A stretch of DNA of 64,000 bases from Nitrososphaeraceae archaeon (GTDB taxonomy: Archaea; Thermoproteota; Nitrososphaeria; Nitrososphaerales; Nitrososphaeraceae), in contig DATGZA010000091.1 in the NCBI GenBank assembly GCA_035297365.1, positions 1 to 64,000 of the forward strand, in the 5' to 3' direction. Of the stretch, positions 39,360-50,245 are shown in pieces. The notes beneath the pieces were generated by a model. That model was given only the letters and a program-made list of their open reading frames with translations. It was not told the DNA's origin and made no database searches. Within the stretch, counting starts at the first letter, position 1. Each line of letters opens with the position of its first letter. The position numbers were made by a program, and so were the translations under genes.

Positions 39360-40337
39360 TTACTCTTTGATACCAAATATCTGGACTCTCGAATTGCCAG
39401 TATCTGAAACAAAAATTTTTCCGGATGGATTTAACGCCAAATCTTCCGGTCGGCTGAACTGACCGTCTCCAGTACCTTTAGAACCAAATTCTGTCAGGAA
39501 ATTACCTTGATTATCAAAGACTTGAACTCTTGTAAATAACTTGTCGACGACGAAAACTAGATCGTCTTTTTCGAAGTAGTCAATGCCAGGGAAAGTAAGA
39601 GAAAACTGTCCTGTTCCATTTCCATATGATCCCCATTGTTTAATTAAATTAAGATCCTTGTCTAATATTTGGACACGAGAATTTCTCATATCTGTAATAT
39701 ACATATTATCTTCGGAATCAAAAACTATTCCATGAGGTCTAACAAATTCCCCATCACCTGAACCTTCCCTTCCTATTATTTTGATAAATTTTCCATTTTC
39801 ATCAAATTTAAGAATTTGGTGACCATTTTTATCAGTTAGATAGACAAAACCTTGTGAATCCACTGACACTTGATGTGGAGTTCTTTCGGCCCCCTTACCT
39901 CCAGTATTTTCGAATCCCCATTTGAGAACAAATTTTCCATCAGATGTGAACTTTTGCACTCTATGATTTTTTAGTTCGACTGTGTAAACATACTTACCGG
40001 ATGGATCCACTGCCAAGTCATGTAATTTTAGAAATTGACCATCCCCCGTACCCATATCTCCCCATTTGAGAACAAATTTTCCATCAGATGTGAACTTTTG
40101 AACCCTGTTATTGCCAGTATCTGTGACATAAACATTCCCAAATTTATCAATATCAATACTATGTGGTGCGTTAAATTGACCATCTCCTGATCCTTTTCCT
40201 CCGAATTGATCTAAATAATAATAATTGATAAGAGAATCCTTACCTTCTTCACTAAAAGCTTCACTAACCAAAATGATAATACCTAAGGAAAAGACTGAAA
40301 TCCCAAATAATATCTTTAAATAGTATTCATTTTTCAT
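39360..40337 (-). CDS. secreted NHL-repeat 6-bladed beta-propeller protein
   Basis: signal/TM; repeated 'G.G.GQF..P..I..D..G.VYV.D..N.RVQ.F' units. Confidence 0.92.
   Translation of the reverse strand: MKNEYYLKILFGISVFSLGIIILVSEAFSEEGKDSLINYYYLDQFGGKGSGDGQFNAPHSIDIDKFGNVYVTDTGNNRVQKFTSDGKFVLKWGDMGTGDGQFLKLHDLAVDPSGKYVYTVELKNHRVQKFTSDGKFVLKWGFENTGGKGAERTPHQVSVDSQGFVYLTDKNGHQILKFDENGKFIKIIGREGSGDGEFVRPHGIVFDSEDNMYITDMRNSRVQILDKDLNLIKQWGSYGNGTGQFSLTFPGIDYFEKDDLVFVVDKLFTRVQVFDNQGNFLTEFGSKGTGDGQFSRPEDLALNPSGKIFVSDTGNSRVQIFGIKE
39915..40100. repeat. 42-bp identical direct repeat inside the NHL gene
   Basis: TCCCCATTTGAGAACAAATTTTCCATCAGATGTGAACTTTTG at 39915-39956 and 40059-40100, period 144 nt. 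Confidence 0.9.
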
Positions 40338-40572
40338 TAAGACAATAAATTTATTTCCAATAATTCTTTATAAATTCATCTCTTATTTTCTATACAGCTA
40401 ATTAACAGATCCGGTCAATGACGAAATCTCAAATACTAAAAATACTACATCTGGCAATAACTTTCTTACCTACTTTTTTTTTTAGCAAGTTTATATAACA
40501 TAATATAGTAATTAACTTTAGCAACAATCAATACAAATCTTAAAAAGAGTCGCTTGCAAATTTTTCAGTAAT

Positions 40573-41781
40573 ATGACGTATAGTTATAATATATTGTTAA
40601 TTACGTATTTCTCTTTCTTACTGTTCCCTTCTACGATCTTCTTAAATTCTTTATTGGCGCAAGATGATGGATATTTTGGCATATTCCCAGATGATTATTA
40701 CGATCCTGAAGATTATGGTATTGACCCTTCTCTTACCAAAGAATCGGATAAAGATACCTTCAAACAATCAACGACTCCAATAGATACTCAAGGTATAAAT
40801 TTTATTGCTGCTGGAGATTGGATATGTAACAAGGAAACTGAAAAAACCATAACAAACATCCTCAAATTTAAGCCTGAACTAGTAATAGGATTGGGTGATT
40901 ACCTATTTAAAAATCCTTCTGCACAATGTTGGTTTGACTTGTCCAAACCGATAAATGATTTAATGAGAATAGCAATAGGAAATCATGATCTTGATTTTGC
41001 GGCTTCCTACAAACAGTTAATCGATCATTACGGTCTTAAAAAACCATATTATTCTTTTAATTTTGGAAATATCCATTTTATAGCAATTTCTACAGAACAT
41101 CCATTTCAAAAAGGTAGTATGCAATACAATTTTATAAAAAATGATCTAGAGAAGACATCAGCAGATCCTAATATTTTATGGAAGATAGTATTCCTTCACA
41201 AACCATTTTATTCCGCATCTCACTTTGATGAAAACGCCAGTGAAGATTTAAGAAAGGCTTTTCAACGAATGTTTGAAGAAAATGGTGTGGATATAGTGCT
41301 AAATGGTCATACACAATATTACCAAAGATCCCTCCCATTATCTTATAACAAAGAAAATCCTCTTTATCCAATTGTTACGAATCAACAAAATTATGAATAT
41401 AAAAACAATAATGGAATAATATTCATTACTGCAGGTACTGCAGGTGATAACCTTCAAAATATTGACTACTACTTGCCCTATACTGTGATACAAAAACGCT
41501 CTCATGGTTTCCTTAATTTTGATATAAAAGATAATGGCAATACACTAGTTGGAACATTTTATGATAATAAGAAATTGATCATTTTAGACAAATTCACTTT
41601 ATCTAAAAATGAAAATGGCAAAGATCATTCATTGGATAATTTCAATTCAATAAGTCGAGAATATTATTCAACTGCTGAAATCAACGGTGAAAATAAAAAT
41701 CAGCAACCTTCATCGTATTCCAGTATTCACCAGCAAAATTATCCTTTAGATAATTATGATAAAATGTCATTCCGGAATTAG
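40573..41781 (+). CDS. secreted metallophosphoesterase (purple acid phosphatase-like)
   Basis: AAGDW, GLGDY, IGNHD, FLHKP, LNGHTQYYQR. Confidence 0.88.
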   Translation: MTYSYNILLITYFSFLLFPSTIFLNSLLAQDDGYFGIFPDDYYDPEDYGIDPSLTKESDKDTFKQSTTPIDTQGINFIAAGDWICNKETEKTITNILKFKPELVIGLGDYLFKNPSAQCWFDLSKPINDLMRIAIGNHDLDFAASYKQLIDHYGLKKPYYSFNFGNIHFIAISTEHPFQKGSMQYNFIKNDLEKTSADPNILWKIVFLHKPFYSASHFDENASEDLRKAFQRMFEENGVDIVLNGHTQYYQRSLPLSYNKENPLYPIVTNQQNYEYKNNNGIIFITAGTAGDNLQNIDYYLPYTVIQKRSHGFLNFDIKDNGNTLVGTFYDNKKLIILDKFTLSKNENGKDHSLDNFNSISREYYSTAEINGENKNQQPSSYSSIHQQNYPLDNYDKMSFRN

Positions 41782-42381
41782 TTCAATTTCAAGAAATTTT
41801 TCATTATAAAATGGGATTTTTTAGTAGATGAACCATAAATATAGATTTGATATCGATAATCATTTTTTTTCGAATTAACATAGGAAGTGCCTCGTATAAA
41901 GGTTATATATGTCTCAAAATACAAGAATACTGTAGCTGGAAAATTTCATGTACTATAAGATATGCTAGATGGTTACTTGATTACGTTGAAATGATGAATC
42001 CCAATGAGTATATAATTATGTTATTAACACAGTTTTTATCATGTATTAATTTTCTATAAACCAAGTCAAATTTAGGATCCAGGATTGAAAGTTAACCCTA
42101 TTACTAACTGGTAAGAATACAGGACATCGCGCTTTCAGTTACTCATAAAATTTCAAAATAATTCAAATAGTAAAACCAAAACGATCATTATTGACAGAAT
42201 GCGTTTATATTTGTACTATGGCTAATTGATAGATAAAAAATTTTGGAAAACTAGCAACAGTGGAAGTAATTTTACTCGTATTATTACAAAAGCTAATGAA
42301 ATTTTAAATATACATGTTTATTTCTAGATAATACAACTTAAATTCAATTTATTTATCAGGAAAGTTTTATTTACTTATGGT

Positions 42382-42612
42382 ATGATTAATAATTCAATGA
42401 ATTCTAACGATCCTTCTCATCAATGGGTTCAGGTAATCACGGAAATTCTTGACAGGTTGACTGGGAAAGGAGCTGTAATAGAGTATAGTTTCGAAAATCT
42501 AACAATAGACCTTCCTAGAGCAACACGCCCGAATGGAAAAGAGCTGAGTGCTAAATGGACAATAAATGGCAAAATTACGATTAAAGCTGAAACTCATTCA
42601 ACTGATAATTAA
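42382..42612 (+). CDS. hypothetical protein
   Basis: 76 aa beta-rich ORF 'LTGKGAVIEYSFENLTIDLP...AKWTINGKITI'. Confidence 0.65.
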   Translation: MINNSMNSNDPSHQWVQVITEILDRLTGKGAVIEYSFENLTIDLPRATRPNGKELSAKWTINGKITIKAETHSTDN

Positions 42613-42630
42613 TTTTCTAAAGAACATGAT

Positions 42631-42909
42631 ATGGCTTTTCAAAACAATCCAATAAATGTGTTATTGTATTGTGGTCACATCATCAAAAATGGACGGTTGA
42701 ATATAAAAAGAGATGATGAACAATATTTGGACATAGAATTTATTGATGGTAACATATCGATTAATTTACATTCATTAAGCCTTGCGTCTTCTGATGAGAT
42801 TATGGATAATATTTTTCTAAAATTAAATTTACTAAAAAATGTATTTACATTGTCCCAAGACAACAAAATTAATTTCAAGTATAAAGGAAGAGTAATATTC
42901 AAGAAATAA
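42631..42909 (+). CDS. hypothetical protein
   Basis: 92 aa, 18 nt downstream of the previous ORF on the same strand. Confidence 0.5.
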   Translation: MAFQNNPINVLLYCGHIIKNGRLNIKRDDEQYLDIEFIDGNISINLHSLSLASSDEIMDNIFLKLNLLKNVFTLSQDNKINFKYKGRVIFKK

Positions 42910-43487
42910 AATATTAACCATTAATATCAAGGAAACTTTACAAAGAGAAAAATATAGATATTTCCCATTGTAATGTTTCAAATAATTCTTACGCTTTGCC
43001 CAAACTTATATTTATTTTATTAAAAGGAAATATTTAGTCTAATGCTTTTTTCTCGTTAGGACCCAGAAAATGTTATCTTATCATAACTTCGATCTCTTCC
43101 ATAAGACCTCGTATTATTATTTCGATGGATTGTCAATATATTCATATTTATCGATTTATGCTATATCAATGACTTCCTCTGCTCTTGAATAATTACCTAC
43201 ATTATATTATACAATTGATTGATTGATTTATTAACATTCGAATATCTGAGATATAATTTTCAGTTTCTTATTATGTCTTAGCATATCTGTAGTAGGGATT
43301 TAGACATAAGGCAACTCAGAACTCCCATATTAGTCAAAAGAAAATATTTTAGAGATAATGTTCTTTGTGATCCCTTTGATATAATGTACTAATATTCATT
43401 TGCATTCGAATTTTTGAGAAAACAATTTTCTTTGTAATAAAGTATTTTAACATTAAACAATTTATTAAATTTCTTTAATAATATTGA

Positions 43488-44519
43488 TTGATGAGAACTA
43501 TTATTTTTGAAAAACCAGGTCTCGAAAATCTTAAACATATCGAATTACCGATTCCAAAGATTAATGAAAATGAAGTGTTGATAAAAGTAAAAAGAGTGGG
43601 TATTAATCCGATAGATTATTTTACGATCACCGGATTTTATGGTCTATTTTCTGAAAAGAGGCTAATCCCATCTCCTATGCCGCATATTCCGGGAATGGAG
43701 TTCTCCGGAAAAGTAGAAAAAGTAGGTAGCCAAGTAAATGAAATAAATGTAAATGATCATGTAATCGTCTATAATAGAACCTTTGATTCGGAATGTGATC
43801 AATGCATCTCCGGAAGAGAAATGTTATGCAGAAAAGGATCTCTGATAGGAGTTACTACCAATGGCGGATTATCGGAATATGTATCGTTACGAAAAGAAAA
43901 TGTCATCAAGATTCCAAAAAATTTAGATTGGAATCTTGCTTCAAGTCTATCAGTTTCTGCTCTAACCGCATATCATGCTCTTAACCTTTCGTCAATAACC
44001 GAAAATGATACTCTTCTTGTATATGGTGCATCGGGTAGTACTGGTATGTTTGCTATACAATTCGGTAAATTAAAAAATGCTAAAGTAATTGCTGTGAGTA
44101 AAAAATCATGGCTGAACGAACTTGGTGCGGATTTTTGTATATGTGATTATGATAAAGTTCCGGAAATTACATCCGAGTTGACAAGTGGTAAAATGGCTGA
44201 TGTAGTGATTAACTCCATTGGAAAACAAACTTGGGAATCAAGTCTAAATTCTTTGAATTATAATGGAAGACTGGTTATCTTTGGAATATTGACTGGTAAT
44301 ATAGTTCAATTTGATCTTCAACCTATTTATCTAAAACAAATTCAAATCATTGGTTCAAATGGCGGAACTATGCTAGAACTAAAAAATGTTATAAAATCTT
44401 CTCATAGGCTTCAGGTTAGGGTATGGAAGGTTTTTTCTTTAGAAGAGACTGGTGATGCGTTGAAAAGTCTATTTGATACTTCTAGAGAAGGAAGGATAAT
44501 GATAGACCTTGAGAGATAG
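43488..44519 (+). CDS. MDR-family oxidoreductase lacking catalytic Zn ligands
   Basis: GINPID and PGME replace GxCxxD and GHE; DxxCxxC...C lobe retained; GASGSTG NAD(P)-binding motif. Confidence 0.85.
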   Translation: MMRTIIFEKPGLENLKHIELPIPKINENEVLIKVKRVGINPIDYFTITGFYGLFSEKRLIPSPMPHIPGMEFSGKVEKVGSQVNEINVNDHVIVYNRTFDSECDQCISGREMLCRKGSLIGVTTNGGLSEYVSLRKENVIKIPKNLDWNLASSLSVSALTAYHALNLSSITENDTLLVYGASGSTGMFAIQFGKLKNAKVIAVSKKSWLNELGADFCICDYDKVPEITSELTSGKMADVVINSIGKQTWESSLNSLNYNGRLVIFGILTGNIVQFDLQPIYLKQIQIIGSNGGTMLELKNVIKSSHRLQVRVWKVFSLEETGDALKSLFDTSREGRIMIDLER

Positions 44520-44602
44520 TCAGAAATCCAGATAAATTCTAATTTTCACCTACATTGCTATTTTTATAAAAGTAGGAAATTATATTTTATTAAGGATATG
44601 GT

Positions 44603-45148
44603 CTATTCTAATAATTTGAAATTTATTTTCTTTCCTATTTTAAGGTCATGACTATCTGCAAATCCTGAAACTGTTTCTAGAACAAATAGGGCATTAGATG
44701 ACGGTCTATATGAAGGACAAGATATAAATGACTCACAGGGATGTAAACTTTTCTCAATATGCACTATAGATAGATTGGCATCCAACCATATGATATCGAT
44801 TGGAAATTTCATACCTTTCATCCAAAAACTTTGTTGTTCCGGTTCTTTGAAAACAAATATCATTCCTTCGTTTTCTTGCATATTATTCCTTATTGATAGT
44901 CCATCTTGTTTCTGCTTATCTGTCAATGCAATATCTGTATTAATTATGAATCCTCCTATCTCTGCTATTCCCTTCAAATATTGGGTGTCCGAAACATTTT
45001 TACTCATTATATCATTGTGAATTTCTTCCGCGGTTTCTGAGAGAACATAAACAAATATTGTTTCATTCACATTATATGCTATAAAACCTAAAAGTACTGT
45101 TACTATGATTGTCAGTGTTAACCTACTGTTAAAATTTTTTATTTTCAA
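44603..45148 (-). CDS. DUF192 domain protein, membrane-anchored
   Basis: GMIFVF, FWMKGMKFPIDIIW, CPSY, FVLET. Confidence 0.9.
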   Translation of the reverse strand: MKIKNFNSRLTLTIIVTVLLGFIAYNVNETIFVYVLSETAEEIHNDIMSKNVSDTQYLKGIAEIGGFIINTDIALTDKQKQDGLSIRNNMQENEGMIFVFKEPEQQSFWMKGMKFPIDIIWLDANLSIVHIEKSLHPCESFISCPSYRPSSNALFVLETVSGFADSHDLKIGKKINFKLLE

Positions 45149-45208
45149 TATCCAGTCCTCAGTTTATTTAAGATCGTTTTTAGGATTTATCTATTTTGTA
45201 TACTGACT

Positions 45209-45673
45209 TCATTTATTACTTTGGATTTTTGTTTCATTAATTAGCGATCCACAGTTTCTGCAAAATCTAGGTATGGCTTCATCCTTTTCTAGGTCGGAAT
45301 GGGGAATGTGTTTTGTAACAGTGATACCACAATTAGGACAAAATCTGGTCGTATTAAACTTTGGCGAACTACTATAATAATAGTTATTTTGAACTGTAGG
45401 TTGGACCTCTTCTTTGTGTTTTTTTGAAATTGGTACCACTTTGATGTTCTCCCATTTACATCCTATCTCATCGTATACTTTTATTATTACAAAAACGAAG
45501 ATAAATTCCGTTATGATTGATATTACAAATTTAGGCATCTGTATGTCGTTTTTTATGAAGGAGTACACTGTCTGCACTATGATTAAGGTTAAAATACTCA
45601 TCGCCGCAAAGAATAAAATGGAATAAAGTTGATTTGAAAATTTAACCATCTGATATTTAGAATATTTATACAA
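45209..45673 (-). CDS. two-TM protein with C-terminal zinc ribbon
   Basis: two hydrophobic helices; FCPNCG...FCRNCG. Confidence 0.7.
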   Translation of the reverse strand: MYKYSKYQMVKFSNQLYSILFFAAMSILTLIIVQTVYSFIKNDIQMPKFVISIITEFIFVFVIIKVYDEIGCKWENIKVVPISKKHKEEVQPTVQNNYYYSSSPKFNTTRFCPNCGITVTKHIPHSDLEKDEAIPRFCRNCGSLINETKIQSNK

Positions 45674-45775
45674 ATTAAAATAGTCTAATACTCAATTTTT
45701 TCAAATTAATAGATAAAATTTTTTCATAATTTTTAAATATTAGCATTTGACTGCATTCACGAGTTTAGTCCTCTT

Positions 45776-45973
45776 TTACTGTTTGTAGTCTTTCTGATCC
45801 CTTCCAAATGATCTGAAGAAAAAGCCACTAAATACCATAATTCCTGCCAAGACTGTAGCAGCTATCACTCGTTCAATAGGTAGATTAAGTAAGAAAGTGA
45901 TGACAAAAGATACTCCAGCAACAATTGCTGCAATCGGAAACCATTTTCTAATAGCTTCTTCTTTCCTTAACAT
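45776..45973 (-). CDS. small two-TM membrane protein
   Basis: 65 aa, two hydrophobic segments flanked by charged ends. Confidence 0.65.
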   Translation of the reverse strand: MLRKEEAIRKWFPIAAIVAGVSFVITFLLNLPIERVIAATVLAGIMVFSGFFFRSFGRDQKDYKQ

Positions 45974-46062
45974 GATATTGTTTTAAATTAATGATTGTTA
46001 AATATTTCTATAGAATTCCTGCAAATATTTTAAAGAAAAAATAAGATTATTTTAAGAAATTC

Positions 46063-46230
46063 TTATCGCTCACTTTCTGGGCTACAGTGTGGACATGAGC
46101 TCCATGAAACTGGATCATTATAAAATTCATATATCCAGCCATTTCCATCGCAGCTCGAACATTCCTTGTGATCGTTTCTTTCATCTCTAAAAGATTGAAC
46201 GTATCGATTCTGATGGGTAACTTTTATCAC
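46063..46230 (-). CDS. 55-aa CxxC...CxxC microprotein (not in ORF track)
   Basis: GTG start; MIKVTHQNRYVQSFRDERNDHKECSSCDGNGWIYEFYNDPVSWSSCPHCSPESER*. Confidence 0.55.
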   Translation of the reverse strand: MIKVTHQNRYVQSFRDERNDHKECSSCDGNGWIYEFYNDPVSWSSCPHCSPESER

Positions 46231-46447
46231 ACATTATTATAGAAACTTGTTCTAATTAAACATTGTGAAAATTATTCTAATACTTAATATTAGAAATTTT
46301 ATAAGGAATATACTTACTATAATTTCCTGCAATACAATATAACTTATTTGTTCGACTTTCTAAATTTGTGACTTCTATATAAATTAGTTCCTTGACTTGC
46401 AGATTACATTTTTAACACCTTTGTTCTCATCAAAAATTATTATCTTC

Positions 46448-47623
46448 ATGACCGATCTTTTGAATGAATTATCAGTAAGTAATCCACCTGCTATCGGGAT
46501 TATAGGAGGTGGACAATTAGGTAAAATGATTGCCCAAGAAGCTAAAAGGATGTCACTCAAAGTTATTATTCTTGACCCAAGTAATAATTGTCCTGCCTCT
46601 TCTATTTGCGATAAACTTATTATAGCTGATTTTAAGGATGAGGAGAAAATCATTGAACTGGCTAATAATTCTGACCTTATAACATATGAAATTGAATTGG
46701 CAAATTCAAGCGCACTAAAAAACCTTGAATCTAACAATTATCCAATATTTCCATCTCCGCATACATTAAAAATTATTCAAAATAAATTTAGGCAAAAAAC
46801 TTTTCTAAGGAAAAATAACCTTCCCACAACAGATTTTTCCAAAATTAATTCTAATGATGATTTGTTGTTATGTTTAGAGAAATTTGGATTACCCATAATG
46901 TTAAAAGCCTCCGAAGATTCTTACGATGGTCATGGCAACCTGCTAATTTCTTCTGCAAATGAAATTCAAAATGGATTGTCGTATTTTCTAGGTAAAGACA
47001 TATTTTCAGAAAAATTTGTTGATTTTAAAAATGAGATCTCTATAATTGTCGCTAGAAATAAATCTGGTCAAACTACATCATTTCCTGTAGCAGAAAATAT
47101 ACACAGAGATAATATTTTAGATACGACAATTGTTCCTGCAAGAATTTCATCTACATCTGAAGAGAATGCCAGAAAGATTGCAGAAAGAGTTGTAAACTGT
47201 TTAAATGATGTAGGTCTGTTCGGAATAGAAATGTTTGTTTCAAAGAATGATGAAATTTTGATCAATGAGATTGCTCCAAGACCTCATAATTCCGGTCATT
47301 ATACAGTTGAAGGATGTTCCGTATCTCAATTCGAACAACACATACGCTCCATATTGAACATGCCTTTAACAAGACCGGAGTTACTTAGACCTGTAGTTAT
47401 GAAGAATATTTTAGGACCTAGCGGTTTAACTGGCAATTATAAAGTAACAGGATTGACAAAACTACTTTCCGTTCCTGGCGTCAAGATCCATCTATATGGG
47501 AAAAAAACTACCAAACCCAAGAGGAAGTTAGGTCACATTATTGCATTAGCTAATTCCGTTGATGAGGCATTAAAAAGGGCAAATGAAGCAAAAAATTCAA
47601 TAAATATCATAACAGATTCATAA
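46448..47623 (+). CDS. purK: N5-carboxyaminoimidazole ribonucleotide synthase
   Basis: [37 protein letters not shown]...RKLGH; ATG at 46448 preferred. Confidence 0.95.
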   Translation: MTDLLNELSVSNPPAIGIIGGGQLGKMIAQEAKRMSLKVIILDPSNNCPASSICDKLIIADFKDEEKIIELANNSDLITYEIELANSSALKNLESNNYPIFPSPHTLKIIQNKFRQKTFLRKNNLPTTDFSKINSNDDLLLCLEKFGLPIMLKASEDSYDGHGNLLISSANEIQNGLSYFLGKDIFSEKFVDFKNEISIIVARNKSGQTTSFPVAENIHRDNILDTTIVPARISSTSEENARKIAERVVNCLNDVGLFGIEMFVSKNDEILINEIAPRPHNSGHYTVEGCSVSQFEQHIRSILNMPLTRPELLRPVVMKNILGPSGLTGNYKVTGLTKLLSVPGVKIHLYGKKTTKPKRKLGHIIALANSVDEALKRANEAKNSINIITDS

Positions 47624-47633
47624 TTATATACAG

Positions 47634-48158
47634 TTGACTAAATCGCAAGTTGCCATAATTATGGGTAGTGATTCTGATTTGAAAGTAATGAAGGAGGCTG
47701 CAGAAATTCTAGAGTATTTTGATATTCCTTATGAAGTGACAATAGTTTCAGCTCATAGAACACCTGTTAGATTGATGAAATATTCACTTAATGCAAAGAA
47801 AAGGGGAATAAAAGTGATCATTGCTGGGGCTGGGGGTGCTGCTCATCTGCCAGGAATGGTAGCTTCTTTTTCCATCATTCCAGTTATAGGAGTTCCCATT
47901 AATAGCTCGAGTTTAAATGGTTTAGATTCTCTATTGTCAATTGTTCAGATGCCATCTGGAATTCCTGTTGCTACCGTAGCTATTAATGGTGCGAAAAATG
48001 CAGCTATTTTAGCATGTCAAATTCTAGCTATCGAATCACCAACTATATCCACCAAGATCGAGAAGTACAAACTTCACCTGAACAAGGAAGTACATTACAA
48101 ACTAGAAAAATTAGAAAGAATTGGATGGAAAGGATATCTTGATCATATTCAAAAATAA
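47634..48158 (+). CDS. purE: N5-CAIR mutase
   Basis: [39 protein letters not shown]. Confidence 0.97.
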   Translation: MTKSQVAIIMGSDSDLKVMKEAAEILEYFDIPYEVTIVSAHRTPVRLMKYSLNAKKRGIKVIIAGAGGAAHLPGMVASFSIIPVIGVPINSSSLNGLDSLLSIVQMPSGIPVATVAINGAKNAAILACQILAIESPTISTKIEKYKLHLNKEVHYKLEKLERIGWKGYLDHIQK

Positions 48159-48180
48159 AACAAATTTTGTAATGATTAAT

Positions 48181-48561
48181 CTAAGATCCCATCATTCCTG
48201 GCATTTTTATGGGCGTTCTGTATTCCTGAGTGATGTTGATACCCTCATTAGTAGTCACTCTTAACTTTTCAAGGTCGCTGCCTGGAGGAGGACTTAATGG
48301 ATAACTTTGTCCTGGTTCTAATATAGATATCACATCACTTTTATTTCCATAATTTATTGTTATATTTGTAAGAGGCTGGATTCCTGTATTAGTTATCTTT
48401 ACACGAGTATGCGTAAATAGTGACTGTTCTTCCTTCAGTGCGTCGATCGCTAGATCGAATTTTTTCTTATTAATTAAACTTGTATTATTAATCATGAAAA
48501 TTAATATTATAATTGCAATTACAGTAGGTATTGCCAATAGGTAAATTTTTTTAAAACTCAT
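48181..48561 (-). CDS. membrane-anchored hypothetical protein with Ig-like domain
   Basis: N-terminal TM; VKITNTG...LEPGQS; C-terminal KMPGMMGS. Confidence 0.7.
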   Translation of the reverse strand: MSFKKIYLLAIPTVIAIIILIFMINNTSLINKKKFDLAIDALKEEQSLFTHTRVKITNTGIQPLTNITINYGNKSDVISILEPGQSYPLSPPPGSDLEKLRVTTNEGINITQEYRTPIKMPGMMGS

Positions 48562-48605
48562 TGCTTTTTTTAATCTCTTGGAAGAATATTATCATTTCTA
48601 TACTT

Positions 48606-49346
48606 CTATTTTTCATTTACCTTATTTCTCTTTTCTTGGGAAATCAAGTCATTTCCCCATTTTTCTAAGAAAATAAGATCCTTTAGATTCATCCTTTGTA
48701 GCCATCTTGATCTTTCTAGATCTGGCTTATTCACAAATTCTGAAACATATCCAAGACACAAATAAGCAATTGGTTTTATATGTCTTGGAATCGATAGTAT
48801 TTTTTTCAAATCCTTGTTAGATAAAATGCTTACCCATCCTACCCCTACTTCTTCTGCTCTTGCAGCCAACCAGAGATTCTGAATTGCGCAACAGACACTG
48901 TATATCCCAGTTTCAGGTATAGCAGTTGTTCCTATTATAAATGGTCCAAACCTTGTAGAATCATATGTGATACAGATGTTTATATTAGATTCCAAAATTC
49001 CCTCTAGCTTCAGAGATTGATAAATCTTCTTCCTTTTTTTATCTGTCTCTAACAATTCTACTGATTTTTTATACTCCTTAAAAAACGAATTCCTTATCTT
49101 TTCCCTCGTTTGGATATCTTTTATTACGATGAAATTCCATGGTTGAGAGAAACCAACTGATGGTGCATGATGGGCTGCATTTAATATCTTGATTAGTGTT
49201 GAAAGGGTAATATCTTTTTTATCTGTAAAATGTGATCTAACATCTCTTCGTGAAAATAATATTTTGTAAAATCCTTCTCTTTCTGATTTAGATATTTTAA
49301 TAAATTTTTTTGAATATTTTTCCCTTACATAATTTGAAGCAAGCAA
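48606..49346 (-). CDS. bluB: 5,6-dimethylbenzimidazole synthase
   Basis: RRDVR, APSVGFSQPW, LKLEGILES, YSVCCAIQNLWLAARAE, GVGWVS. Confidence 0.93.
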   Translation of the reverse strand: MLASNYVREKYSKKFIKISKSEREGFYKILFSRRDVRSHFTDKKDITLSTLIKILNAAHHAPSVGFSQPWNFIVIKDIQTREKIRNSFFKEYKKSVELLETDKKRKKIYQSLKLEGILESNINICITYDSTRFGPFIIGTTAIPETGIYSVCCAIQNLWLAARAEEVGVGWVSILSNKDLKKILSIPRHIKPIAYLCLGYVSEFVNKPDLERSRWLQRMNLKDLIFLEKWGNDLISQEKRNKVNEK

Positions 49347-49498
49347 TATGTTTTCTTTGAAATATTTGTATATTTATATTTAATATTAAAAATATTTAAA
49401 TTTCTTCATATAATGTCAAATTGTCCCTGTAACAGTAACTATTTATAGTAAGATGGCGCACCAGTCCAAAATAACTTAACTATAACAATGCATTTTCC

Positions 49499-50089
49499 CT
49501 ATCTAAAATTTATACAAACTAGATAAAGTTCACTGCTTTCTTGTCTACTTGCAATCGGTTTGGTAATTATTACTCTTTCGAAGCTTTCTTTCAATCTGAT
49601 GATTAGGTCATTTAACATATCTCCTTGAAATACCTTGAAAACTGCAGTACCATTTCTTTTTAAAATCTTTTTTGCCAAATCAAATACACTTTCTGTCAAT
49701 GAAATCTGTCTTGCATGATCTAATTCCCAATTTCCGCTTACATTGGGGGCAATATCTGATAGAATTACATCAACCTTCTTATCCAGCAATTGATTAAGTT
49801 CGGTGATGACTTTTTCATCCTCTATACTGCCATGAATAAGGATTGTACCATATATCGATTCCATCTTTTTCAGATCTATGCCTATGACCTTCCCTTTTTC
49901 TCCCACCTCTTCATATGCAACCTGAATCCATCCCCCTGGAGCACATCCAACATCTACTACTATATTTCCTTTTTTTAGGATGTGATGTGTTTGGTTAATC
50001 TGCTTTAGTTTGAATGCTGATCTGCTTCTATATCCTTGATATTTGGCCAGTTTTCTAAACTGATCTCTTCTTGAATCGTCTAACTTCAT
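49499..50089 (-). CDS. rlmE: 23S rRNA Um2552 2'-O-methyltransferase
   Basis: YRSRSAFKL, DVGCAPGGW, SDIAPN, KVFQG, KP.ASR.ES.E.Y. Confidence 0.93.
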   Translation of the reverse strand: MKLDDSRRDQFRKLAKYQGYRSRSAFKLKQINQTHHILKKGNIVVDVGCAPGGWIQVAYEEVGEKGKVIGIDLKKMESIYGTILIHGSIEDEKVITELNQLLDKKVDVILSDIAPNVSGNWELDHARQISLTESVFDLAKKILKRNGTAVFKVFQGDMLNDLIIRLKESFERVIITKPIASRQESSELYLVCINFR

Positions 50090-50245
50090 TTAGTTACCAC
50101 ACCATAAGATGCAGAAAATCAATATATATTTAATATTTCCATAATCTTTGATATTTATTTAAATTTCCTAGTATATTAGGTAAAAAAAGGAGCTAGTACA
50201 CCCTCTACTAATAATATATAAATAACATTCAGACGTTAATAGAAT

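Noticed and set aside
39909-39918. TTCGAATCCC matching the tRNA T-loop as a possible attR
   Set aside because: Only about 10 bp, inside an intact coding sequence, and no integrase in the window.
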